Source: Eledone cirrhosa
Lineage: Eukaryota
DNA: 64,000 nucleotides
Reading direction: 5' to 3'
NCBI GenBank assembly: GCA_964016885.1
Contig: OZ024741.1
Span: forward strand, 367,846,001 to 367,910,000
The translations under genes and the position numbers were made by a program. Below, piece after piece: positions 47,954-59,629 of the stretch (positions are counted from its first letter, which is position 1; each line of letters opens with the position of its first letter). The notes under the pieces are model-generated. The model saw only the letters and a program-made list of their open reading frames with translations, made no database searches and was not told the DNA's origin.

Positions 47954-49798
47954 TACTTCACATTTGTGTCGCATTTGTGTTAGTAGTATGATAAACGTAA
48001 ACCCAGAAATTTCATGTTGATAATAATATCAATCAGAATAGTTTTTATAGAAACGTTGTCATTGCGAAAAAAAATGTCTCAGATTTCATCGACATATTCG
48101 TAACCAACAATTTCTTCAAAAAGCCATCTGCGACGATATTCTTTATCACTTTGCATCACCTGCTTTCTCTTCTACCATGTCATATCTCTATTACCATGCT
48201 ATCATGTTGTTCATTTACATTTCCTCCTACACACTGTCAATAACCAACATGTAGCTACCACTGTGCCCCTAACATCCTCTACCATCTTATCATTCTGTCA
48301 CTGCTTCACACTTATGTAGAATTGAGAGAACTTTTTGGCCTTGTAGACGGCAGGAAATTTCTGGTGTTGGTGACACAATCAATGCACCTAATACACTCAA
48401 AGTGGTTGGTTATCAATAGAGAATTAGAGACAATGTAGGATAAAGAATACTTTTTAGTCTTGTCAGGGACATGACAACCTCTCTAGTGCTGGTACTATGA
48501 TAAAATGTACCCCATAGACTTTGTTAAATAGTTGATGGGCATCCAGCCCATCATGCCAAAAATAGAATGTATGAGCAAGAGGTGGGCAATAACTCCAAAT
48601 AGGAACTGACTCCAGCTAAAACAACTATCCAACCCATGCTAGCATGGAAAGTAAACATAAAACGATGATAATGCAAATACACATATATATATATATATAT
48701 TTGTGTGTGATGTGTATAAAAAAATTGTAGCTAACAGTAAATGATGATGATAGTTGAATAAAAGAGTGTTAGGTGATACATGTGAATGAAACAGGCAGAA
48801 GAACACCAAAAAAGTAGTAACGTCTGATCTCAGGATGCTGGACCTCACAAAGGAGATACAGAACAAGTAGATAGACATTCTGTTGAAATGGACCTATCCA
48901 ATCCATGTTGGCATGGAAAAGACTTTTACATCCACTTTCAATATTGGCATGGGTTAGATAGGTCATCACAGTCCAAGATAAGATGCTTCAAATACTATAG
49001 CTTGCTCGTACTTCCATATTTTGGCACGGTTTCTACTGCTAGATGCTCTTCTTAATGCCAATCACTTTACAAAGTACATTGGGTGCATTTTATTGTGGTA
49101 CCAGCACTACCACTTTACAGAGTATATTGTGGCACCAGAGTGCATTTTTCAAGGCACAGCATTACACTTTACAATATCTACTTTATTGAAATAGCTGATA
49201 TCTAATACTTGTAAATTTTGCCCTAACATAACTTCTCTTTTGTGCCTTCTTTCCACTTCTCATTCTTTGTTTAGTACCTTCAGACATTTATATATATGTT
49301 GAATTGAACATTCTCCAAATTCATAATCTCTGGGATGACAATCTGGTACCTTATCCATTCATTATCATCATCAACATTTAATGTCCACTCTTCTATACTG
49401 GCATGGGTTGAATTGGGTCATCACAGACCAAGTTAGTACATAACTGGAGGCCATGTCTAGTTTGCTTATGTTCTGGTTTTCGCATCGTTACCGCAGCTGG
49501 ACCCTCCTATCGTCAAACACACCTCACAAAGTTTACCAGGTGCACCCCATCATAGCACTGACACTAGGGTGGTTGCCATGTCCTTGACACAAATTGAAGA
49601 GTCCTCTCAACCCTTTGTATGGTATGATCTCTAGTGCTGATTGCCCTCTTTAATGCCAACTACTTATTTCTATACACCAACCATAAAACAATAACTGGTG
49701 CAAAAAATGTATGTTCTGAAATAGGAATAGAGTGCACTTAAGATGTATCATTGTTTTCTATAAAATGTAAAGATTTTATGATTATTGTATATTTTCAG

Positions 49799-49855
49799 GG
49801 TCAGACAAATTCCTCTGGAGGTAGTGGCCAAGGATCAGATAAAAAAGATGATAAG
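49799..49855 (+). CDS. PSMC1: PSMC1 exon 2 (GQTNSSGGSGQGSDKKDDK)
   Basis: AG/GT bounded, 57 nt; MGQ..KKDDK N-terminus of Rpt2. Confidence 0.88.
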
Positions 49856-51171
49856 GTACACCTTTCTATTTCTATGCCAAAGATTTCATTACAAAAATAT
49901 TTTCTACTGCCTAATTATTTTTTTTAAAATAAGGTATACGATTTTTTAATGGGTTAATTATTTTCACCATTCACATATTGATGCTCTCAATCTAATTAGA
50001 ACATTTGTCCCCCACCCCTTATTTTTATTTTTTGTTTTTCTTGCATTTGCATTCCATGAATTCTAAATCAAAATTTTAGAACGTATTTGTGAAATCGTAG
50101 TGTTCATGTAATACACAAACAAAAGCTCCAGTATAATCGTTATAGAGATTTGAACTGTTTACATCCATTTTTCAATATGAGAATGGATGTGAGGGTTTTC
50201 ATAATATACTGCATTATTTTAAAATAACTTAGCCGAAGGAGGGCCTTGGGAACTAGTAGGAGGAAGTTGTCTTCATACCAGAGACCTAGCTATATGCTTG
50301 CAACATATTGAACTCTAACAAAAGTACCCAAGGTTTAGATGCTGTTGGGAAAATAGGTGATAGATTAAAGTCTACCTCCCAAGAACAGTAGCAGTCCCTC
50401 CAGCAGGCTTCTACAGTTTTCAACTACTAAATTTCCCTTACAAGGTATAATTTTGAAGCAATTATTTTTTATTATTATTTGGATTTTCATTTTCATAACT
50501 AGATTGATTTAAGCATTAAACTTTTGAATGAGGCATATTTCAGGAACAAATAGTGTAAGTGATGTAGTGAAATTCAAACTGTTAAATAACTATATGTCAC
50601 TAATTAAACATCTTAATCTTAAAGCCATTGTTATAAGTGTTCATATTGGAATTTAAAACTTCAGTTATAATATTATGTAAGAACCTTTTATTAAGTAATG
50701 GTAGTAACTTAAAATATAACATCAATAATAATATGTATGTATACTGCTTAAACCCATATGTTAATTCTCTCTTTCTTACTCTCCACTCTTTCTCTCTATG
50801 TTGTTAAACATGATATTGGACCAATGAATCTGAACAAGATCCCAGACCTCATTTACTTACTGAGTGGGGTGTATAATTCATCAGATCAAACCAAGGAAAC
50901 AATGTTTCCTTTATTCTTTCCAATTGCTGATACTATCTACCAGTTACAATTCCTGGCAGAAGGAGCAATATGAAATAGTGTTTTGCTCAAGGACAAAACA
51001 CATCACCTGATCTGAGAATCAAACTCACAACCTCATGATTATGAATCCAACTCTCTAACCACTAAGCCACCAATACATATTAAATATTATTTATTAGATA
51101 TTCTATAAAATCTAAAGATTATGTTATTCTATGCTTGAACATTATTATGATAATATTTTTTCATTTCACAG

Positions 51172-51265
51172 GATAAGAAGCGAAAGTTTGAATCTCCAGT
51201 ACCAACAAGAATTGGTAAGAAGAAAAAGCATAAGGGTCCAGATGCTGCCAATAAACTTCCTCAGG
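51172..51265 (+). CDS. PSMC1: PSMC1 exon 3 ([31 protein letters not shown])
   Basis: AG/GT bounded, 94 nt; Rpt2 signature PVPTR.GKKK..KGPDAA.KLP. Confidence 0.93.
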
Positions 51266-52516
51266 GTAAGTAACTTGACATTATAAGTATTTATGTCATG
51301 AAGCTGTAGTAGAGGAAAACCAAGGAAGGCCTGGACAGAAGTGGTGAGGGTGGACCTCAAAACACTGAACCTGTCAGAGGAGATAACAAAGTATCATAGT
51401 GAATGGAAGGAAGCTGTGATGGAAAAACCCTATCCAAGCATGGAAAAGTCTACATAAAAGGATGATGATTATATATATATATGTGTATGTATATATATGT
51501 ATGTATATATATATATATATATATATGTGTGTATTGTGTAGTGTGTAAGGACACATGGCTTAGCAAATTAGAGTGTTGGGCACACAATTGTATGGTTGTC
51601 AGTTCAGGCAGCACATTGTGTCTTTGAGTAAGGCATTTTATTTCACATTGCTCCAATCCACTCAACTGGGAAAGAATGAGTTGTGACAACTCTGGTCCGA
51701 AACTATATCAACCTTTGCCTTTCCTTAGGACAACATCATTGACATGAAGAGGAAAGATAGCCATGCATGAATGATTGCTAGATTAGAGAAACTTTTCAAG
51801 TGCAAAACCATGGTCGGTCGCCTAACGTGTGCATGGCTGTCTCCCGTCTTTGCATTACTGATATTATATATATATATGTATAGCACTGAATCTGTCTATA
51901 TCTAGTACAATTTACCACTAGCCATCACACTCTCTTCTATATGGCTCTTCACTGACATCTACTCTCACTTGCTAACACACATTTCTGTTGAATCCATCAC
52001 TTGCTTGCTCATACCATCATCCACCTCTATTGCTATCCCACCATGCTGTTTCTTATTCAGTCTCCTTACCAACAACCAACATATAGCTATCATGGTCTCT
52101 TTTTCATTACTCTTTTCTAAGATGATTGAGAGAGATTTGGCTGTTGTTTCTAGCATGTCAAGTAACTATGTTGAAGCTCACTTATTGGATTGTTATTTGA
52201 CTGATGATTAAAATAGGTGAATTTGAGGAGCAATGCTGTTACAACTTAAGGTCTCAAAATAATTTTTCGTTTTTGTGAGACCTAGTGTAATTTTTTTTAT
52301 CAGGGACAGAGATTCTCAACCTTTTCATTACCAAGGCTGCCTTTTATTTGTAATTTTGAACTTAGCTCACAAATCCCCAGTATTATCTTAGCAGAAATGC
52401 TTACGGTTGGAATAATTGCCATTCATTGCTCTTTACAGTCTTTGTTCTTTAGATTAATAAAGAAATAGTCAAGTGCTTCTGTATTATATTGTATTATATA
52501 TTGTTGTTGTTGACAG

Positions 52517-52641
52517 TTACTCCACACACTAGATGTCGACTAAGACTTCTTAAGCTAGAACGAATCAAGGATTACCTCTTGATGGAGGAGGAATTCATTA
52601 GGAACCAAGAAAGATTAAAGCCGCAAGAAGAAAAACAGGAG
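52517..52641 (+). CDS. PSMC1: PSMC1 exon 4 ([32 protein letters not shown])
   Basis: Near-identical to the Rpt2 coiled coil; AG/GT bounded; 125 nt. Confidence 0.95.
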
Positions 52642-53609
52642 GTAAGAAACATTCATTTTATTCTTTTCAATCTATATTTTTGCTCTGTATGCTTATTCCT
52701 TTTATTATTTTGAGTCTTTGGGCTGGAGCCATGCTTGGACACCATTGTAAAGATTTAGTTGATCCTATTACCCCTAGAATTTATTTTATCAATTTCTTTT
52801 TGTTGAGCTACTAAGTTAGTGGACATAAACACACATTATCATTTAACATCCATTTTCTCTGCTAGCAAAGGTTATATATACATGTCTGTGTGTAATATAT
52901 ATATGGGTATATTTTCCTGCCTCCCTCTATTTATCTTCAAATAGCAATTTTTTAATAGATTTCAAACTACCCCAAGCCAATATTTTTCTATACTGTCAGC
53001 ACTGCCTTCAAATGTTATTGCGTGCATGCAGTAGATCATCAATCATTCTAGAGTGAACCCCTTCCATGTCTTTCTCTATATGTATATTTATATATATATA
53101 TCACCTCTGCTCTTGCATCCCCATTTCCTACTTCATATATGTTTTATTCAATCTTTTTGCTTGTTTACTGTTTTCAACTGAACCAAGTATGTAAAAAAAT
53201 TTGTTTACCTCCGTTCATTTGTCTTTACAAATACAATGTACATCAAGCCAGTTTTGGGACCAACTTACATAAATGTAATTCGAGCATATTTTCCTGCCAT
53301 CAAATGACATATCTTTAATGGACTTGTATGATTGGTGTCTGTGGCTCATCTCTTATTTTCATAGCCTAGACCAATCTAACCATAGCAGTACAAATATATT
53401 TTAACTCTTGACTCAATAACTACAACTGCTGCTGCTACTACTACTACTACCACCATTTTTATTCGGCTTGGGTGTTTTGTTTGTATTACGGAATATGAAA
53501 TCCACCATTCATCTCCAGGACAATTTGAACCTTCTTTATTTCAGACACAGCAAGCCAACACCAAGTATTCATATTCATTGTTTTCTTCTACTTCTTTGGT
53601 AAATTTCAA

Positions 53610-55460
53610 AACTTCAGAACTGACACCATCAATGTAGGCACTATGAAAGGAAGATTGTTGAGTTGCTAGAAGGAAAAAATATTGATGTATGTTGTGTTCT
53701 AGAAACTAGAGGGAGAGGAAGATCAGCTAGTCTCCTTGTGGGCAAAAAACGAAGCTACAAATTTTTCTGGGTGAGCAATGACAATGGACTGGGTGGAGTA
53801 GATATGTTAGCTGTAAAATGGGTAGATAAGGTAATTACTGTAAATAGAGTAAACAATAGAATCATTAAACTTAGACTAGTCCTAAATAGAACGATGGTAA
53901 CAATTATATCTGCATACGCACCCCAATCTGGACTATCAGGTGAAATAAAAGATGGGTTTTATGAATCCTTAATGCAGACTACTTCCTTAACGAATGACAA
54001 TGTCTTCTTAATCATGGCGGAGGACTTCTACAGGGTCCATGGAGGCTACAGCTTTGATGCGAGAAATGAAGATGGTTTCAGGCTTCTAGAATTCTGCAAT
54101 GCCAATGATCTATCTATATGCAACACAAATTTCAAAAATCCTGACAACTTCCTGGTCACGTATATCAAGTGAGCATGCTAGTCAGATAGATTTTATCCTC
54201 ACCAAAAGATGAAATAGTGACAGTTGTAACCCTGGTGAGGACTGTAACTCCCAACATAACCTAGCTGTTAGCAACTTCATAGTTAGAGCTAAACTTGGAG
54301 ACTTAGGGCAACCTGGAGGAGAAAGATATTGAAGTTGATGGCACCCACAGTCATTAACAAATTTAGAGGTATTTTACTTGATGCTTATGTCAGTAAGGAA
54401 GAACAAATAGAGACATTCAATACAGAGGAGCATTGATGTTCCTGAATGAAAATTTGCTGAAGGCGACAAACAAGACTTGTGACTGGAGCAGGGCTCCAGA
54501 AAGAAGGAGAGTGACTTGGTGGTGGAACAGTAAAGTTAAGACAATTAAGGCCAAGAGACAGGTATGGAAAACATGACAGAATGGGGGAAGCAGGCTACAC
54601 TACCTGGAAGCTAGGCAATAAGTATATTTAAAAAAAAAGGATTTAAGCATGTTTTGCGATGTGAGGACCAACGACATTAGGTGTTCCAGATTGCAAGGCA
54701 GTGTGTGTCATGGATAATAATGGCGCACATGCCCTCACTGACGTTGAAAAGAAAGTAGCATGGAAGTGCCATTATGAAAGATTATCGAATGAAGAGAATG
54801 CATGGGAGGAAGATAGTCTATTCCAAGTGGACCCAACAGGGCCCAGCCTTACAAGTCAGCAACAGCATAGTGGGTAAGGCAATTAAGGTTATGAAGACAG
54901 GGAAAGCAGCTGGTCCATCAGGAATGGGATAGATACCGATATGCTGAAAGCATTTGGGATGGTGGGTCACACCTTAACAACTCGTATTGTAAACAAAGTA
55001 ATGCAAAATGACTTGCATAGCAGCATCACATCATCATCATCATCACCACCGTTTTACGTCCAGTCAACTGCTATAAAAGCAAAGAAGATGCCCCAGATAG
55101 AGAAAACTGTAGAAGCATCAAGTTGATGGGCCAGGTCATGAAGGTCTCAGAAAGAGCTAATTAGGGACCAAATTTACCTGGATGAGATGCAGTTTTGATT
55201 TGTGCCAGGTAATACTACTGGTGCCTTCTTCCTTGTGAGGCAATTACAGAAGTACCACCTAGCTAAACTAAAGACACTCTACTATGCATTTGTTGACTGT
55301 AATCTGGTAGGCTCTAGTAGCTGAGTGGCTTGTGGGGGCAGCACAAGCCATGTAAAGAGGAGCAGTCAGCAAGATTAGAATTAACAATGACTATAGTAAA
55401 GCCCTCTTCTGTTTATTATCATCCTGTAGGTTATAACAGAAGAGTTTAAGACTGGATGTC
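53610..55460 (+). mobile_element. Decayed RTE (endonuclease through RT)
   Basis: ORF 53663-54172 (CCVLETR..SAYAPQ) and downstream homology to 34740-36210 with stops. Confidence 0.88.
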
Positions 55461-55501
<41 letters not shown>

Positions 55502-56352
55502 TAGCAGTAGCACTGACATATGGTTCATGATAGAGGTGTATATGAAAGCATATGTTTATGTATAATTAATATATATGTTCATATATATATGTTCAGCTAT
55601 TTTAAGATGTGATCATGGCACATCTATCACAGTAGCCATGTGAGAATGCCAGATGTATGTTTCAGGTATGTTATCCATCACTGGCAACATTTATTCACTC
55701 TGTACTATATAGTTTATATACTTTTTGCATATAAAACATATGTATGCAATGCTCATTTACATATAGTGCAAGCTTGACAGGCTAGTATTAATTAGCAGTA
55801 GCACTAACATGACATAATTTATCACAGGTGTATATGAAAGCGTATACAATATGTTTATATATAATAAACAAGTCTCGCTATGAACATTTTAAGCTGTGAT
55901 CGTGTCACAGGTATTTCAGTAGCAGTAGCTGTGATATGATCACATCTTCAAGCACTCATAGCATGATTTATATATATTTATTATACATAAACATATTGTG
56001 TGTGGATGTCATAAACCCCCAAACTTCACAGCAAAGGCAACGCATTTAGATGGTTGACCTCTGCCAGATACTGCTAAACCTACATATGTATAAGCTGTCA
56101 CCACAGCATTCAACTCTTTTCACTGCTTTACTCATATTTTCATGATTTGCTTCAATCCATCATTTAATGTCCATTTTTCCTGTTAGCAAGATTTGTGCAG
56201 GTTGTCACAGACCAAGTCAGTATTTAACCAGCTACTGACAGCTTAGATGAACTGGGTGTTGCATCTCACTTGTATATGTTCCTGCACTCTAGAGTGTGGT
56301 GGGTGCATTTCATCATTATTAAACATGTTTATCTAATATTGTATCCTTTCAG

Positions 56353-56538
56353 GAAGAAAGAAGCAAGGTTGATGAATTAAGAGGGTCACCAATGTCTGTT
56401 GGTACCCTGGAGGAGACTATAGATGAAACTCATGCGATTGTTTCAACTTCAGTTGGTAGTGAGCACTATGTTAGTATCCTATCATTTGTCGACAAGTATC
56501 AACTTGAACCAGGCTGTTCCGTTTTACTCAATCACAAG
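56353..56538 (+). CDS. PSMC1: PSMC1 exon 5 (OB fold: [30 protein letters not shown])
   Basis: AG/GT bounded, 186 nt. Confidence 0.95.
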
Positions 56539-58980
56539 GTAATGAATTATTTTCTTTTACTGGTTTCACTCGTTGGACTACAGCCATGCTGGAATACTGC
56601 CTTTGTTCATATTAACATATCAACCCCAGTAATTGGTTCATTTTGGTATTTATTTTATTGAATCACTAAGTTCCTGGAATGTCTTTAATAATAGGCACCC
56701 ATGTGTTTGTGTATGTATGTTCAGTTTAGAATAGGTACATCATACCCTACTTGTCAGAAGAGGCAACTAAAAACGTTAATGCCAGGAAAATGTTGTAAAA
56801 CATTGTCTCAAAAATGACAACATGATGATTATGAAGCTTGTCATGTGGCCTTGGAAATGCTTGTTGTTAATCATCTTGAGCTAGGATAGTCTGTTTTACT
56901 CAACCACAAGGTAATCTATTCAGTCTTTTATTGGTTTCACTCACTGGACTGCACCTTTAATCATATTGACCCCAGTATTTGTTTCTCTCTGATACTTATT
57001 CACTTTTGATAATAAGTCTACACTGCAAAAATCAGAGCCAACTTGTGGCTAAACAACAATAACTATTCTTGGTGTCTTTGTAGAACTGTTCTAAGTTTAA
57101 ATGTCTTGTCCATGGACCAGACATTATAGGACTTTACTAAATACTTAAACTGCTTCTCTGCTAGCTTTAGATTTGACCATGTGACTCCTAATCCATCTAG
57201 CACACCAGCCACTTAAATGAGAATAGTTAGATTTCAGGCATTTTGATCTGAAAGGCTCAGCTGTTAGTGTCAGATTTTGATCAAAAGTATGAGAACAAAG
57301 TTCACATGCAGAACTTTCAAATGATATATAACTATCCACGGAAAAAAATGTATTTTGACATCAAAATGATCAAGCAAATTGTGTGTGTCGCCCCTTCTCT
57401 ATCCTACAGGGATATTTATTAAATGTATTTTAAAGTTCCAAACTTACTGGGAGGATTCAGTTTTATACCCCATACCAGTATGTCAAAGCTGAGCCCCCTA
57501 CAGATAACAGATTGCAATTTAGCCATGTCTGAAAATGCATAAAAAGCTTGTGATGATCTTTAATTACTGTAATGTAACTTGTTTATAGCTATATTTAATA
57601 GTCCATTAAAATTTTATTGAAATGGTATCTTGTCCCAAAATCTCACAATTTATTTAGTACTACACATATGCCAAAACTCAATCCCTATGGCTTGTACTTT
57701 GGGATTTAGCTAGGTCTGAAAATACATGAAAAGTTTATGCTCATGTCGCGAAATGACTGTTTCATGCAACAAAAAAGGCTTTATATAAATATTTTTTAAA
57801 TTGCCCAAAAAGAATTTCATTTCAAGAACCTGAAAAAAAATAGGCAACTGCTAGTCCATGGACACTATTAATTTGTGTAATTTGAAGATGATTATCACCT
57901 CAGTTTCAAAGATATGACATCACAAATATGGCTAATTATTCATTTAGGCTTACTTAGGCAAGATTTAGACCAATTTACTGACCATTCAAATCGTCATATT
58001 TCCTAAACTATTCATCCAAATTTCACAAATGAGGTATCAAAATGTTTCTTTTTAGATGCTCTAGATTTAAATATTTTCAAAATTTCATAGTGATACCTAA
58101 TTTAAACCCGTTCTTTCTAATGAGAGACACTACCTATGATTTTTCAATAATTTGGAAAATAATCATAAGTCTTAAATGACTTAGTAAATAAATGACTTTC
58201 TCATTATTAAGCTGTTTTTGGAATATAACTTTCATAAAATTGTGATGGAAGGTTTTTAAATAAACAGCTTAATATTGTAGAACCAGAGGTGGTTTCAGGC
58301 AGTTTTGTATATTTCAGACTTAGGTAATTCAAGTCATATTATTTTTTTAATTTAGCCATTTTTAAAATAACTTTATGACATTATCACTTTGTTTTTCTCT
58401 GAATATCATAATTAGTCATAATTTAAGAGATTTACATTTAGTTAGGATCATTTTGGGAATGCCTGCCGAAGTTAGAAATACAAAAGCTGGGTAGAGTAAA
58501 GTAAGACAAACAAAGCAACAGTTTACACTTTTATCTTGTATTTCATGATATTTCAGGGTTAGAGCTCCTTTTTCAAAAGAAAGGAAATGGAGTATGATAA
58601 TGATGATGAGCTCTACTCTAGTATTTCTAACTTGCATTGTACTTGCTTTCCTAAAAGAATCCTAACCACATATCTCACAATGATTAATATATATACTATA
58701 CTTCTGTCTATTATTTTTGTAAAATTACAATAAGAAACTGTTTGAACCAGATTAAATTTAGATACCATTCCTACTCCCTACTTGAGTGATTAGCAAATAG
58801 TTAAAGAATGTAAAAACATTTGCTTCAACATTAATACAAATCTGTAGTAAATAAATGTTGCAGCAACTGATTATCTGTTTTAATAATAGTTACATGTTAT
58901 TCTATCTCGTTGACCATTGATCTGTGAAGGTGCTGAAAGAACAACTTCATTCTCATTTATTTCTCATTTGCTCTCTTCAG

Positions 58981-59109
58981 GTCCATGCTGTGGTTGGAGT
59001 ACTTTCAGATGATACTGACCCAATGGTTACTGTTATGAAATTAGATAAGGCTCCACAGGAAACCTATGGTGATATCGGTGGACTTGAAACCCAAATACAA
59101 GAAATCAAA
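58981..59109 (+). CDS. PSMC1: PSMC1 exon 6 ([29 protein letters not shown]); gene continues beyond the window
   Basis: AG/GT bounded, 129 nt; start of the AAA domain. Confidence 0.95.
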
Positions 59110-59629
59110 GTAATTAAAATAAAATATATTTTTTGGTGATACTAACACAAATGACTTTTAACAATGCAGAATTCCTATTTGCTTTTTCACAACATAGAAG
59201 GAATTTATTTTCCTCGCACTCAATTTGGAATGATGCATTTAGCATCCTGTAATGATTTAGTAGAAAATATCTAAAAATGGGCTTGTTAATTCAAATGTTT
59301 ATAGTATTTTTACTAGTGGACAGATCATTGCGAAAATTTGCAGTATCTAAACTATAATAAAGCAAGGGCTGCGAGACTGCGTACGGTTTATTTCTTTTAA
59401 TCCAGTTAGTAAAATAAGTTGGATTACTTTGAATAAATAATGAATGAATATTACATAATTTATGTACTAAATTTTGTAAACAAATAATTTCGTAAAAATA
59501 AATAATTTAAAATTGACTTCTTTTCAAAGTTGCACTTCCGGTATATCGTCGCCACCACCACTACTTCAACTACCATATATACAGAAAGAGAGAGATGGAG
59601 ATTTTTTACACGCTGAGGCGTATGAGTGT

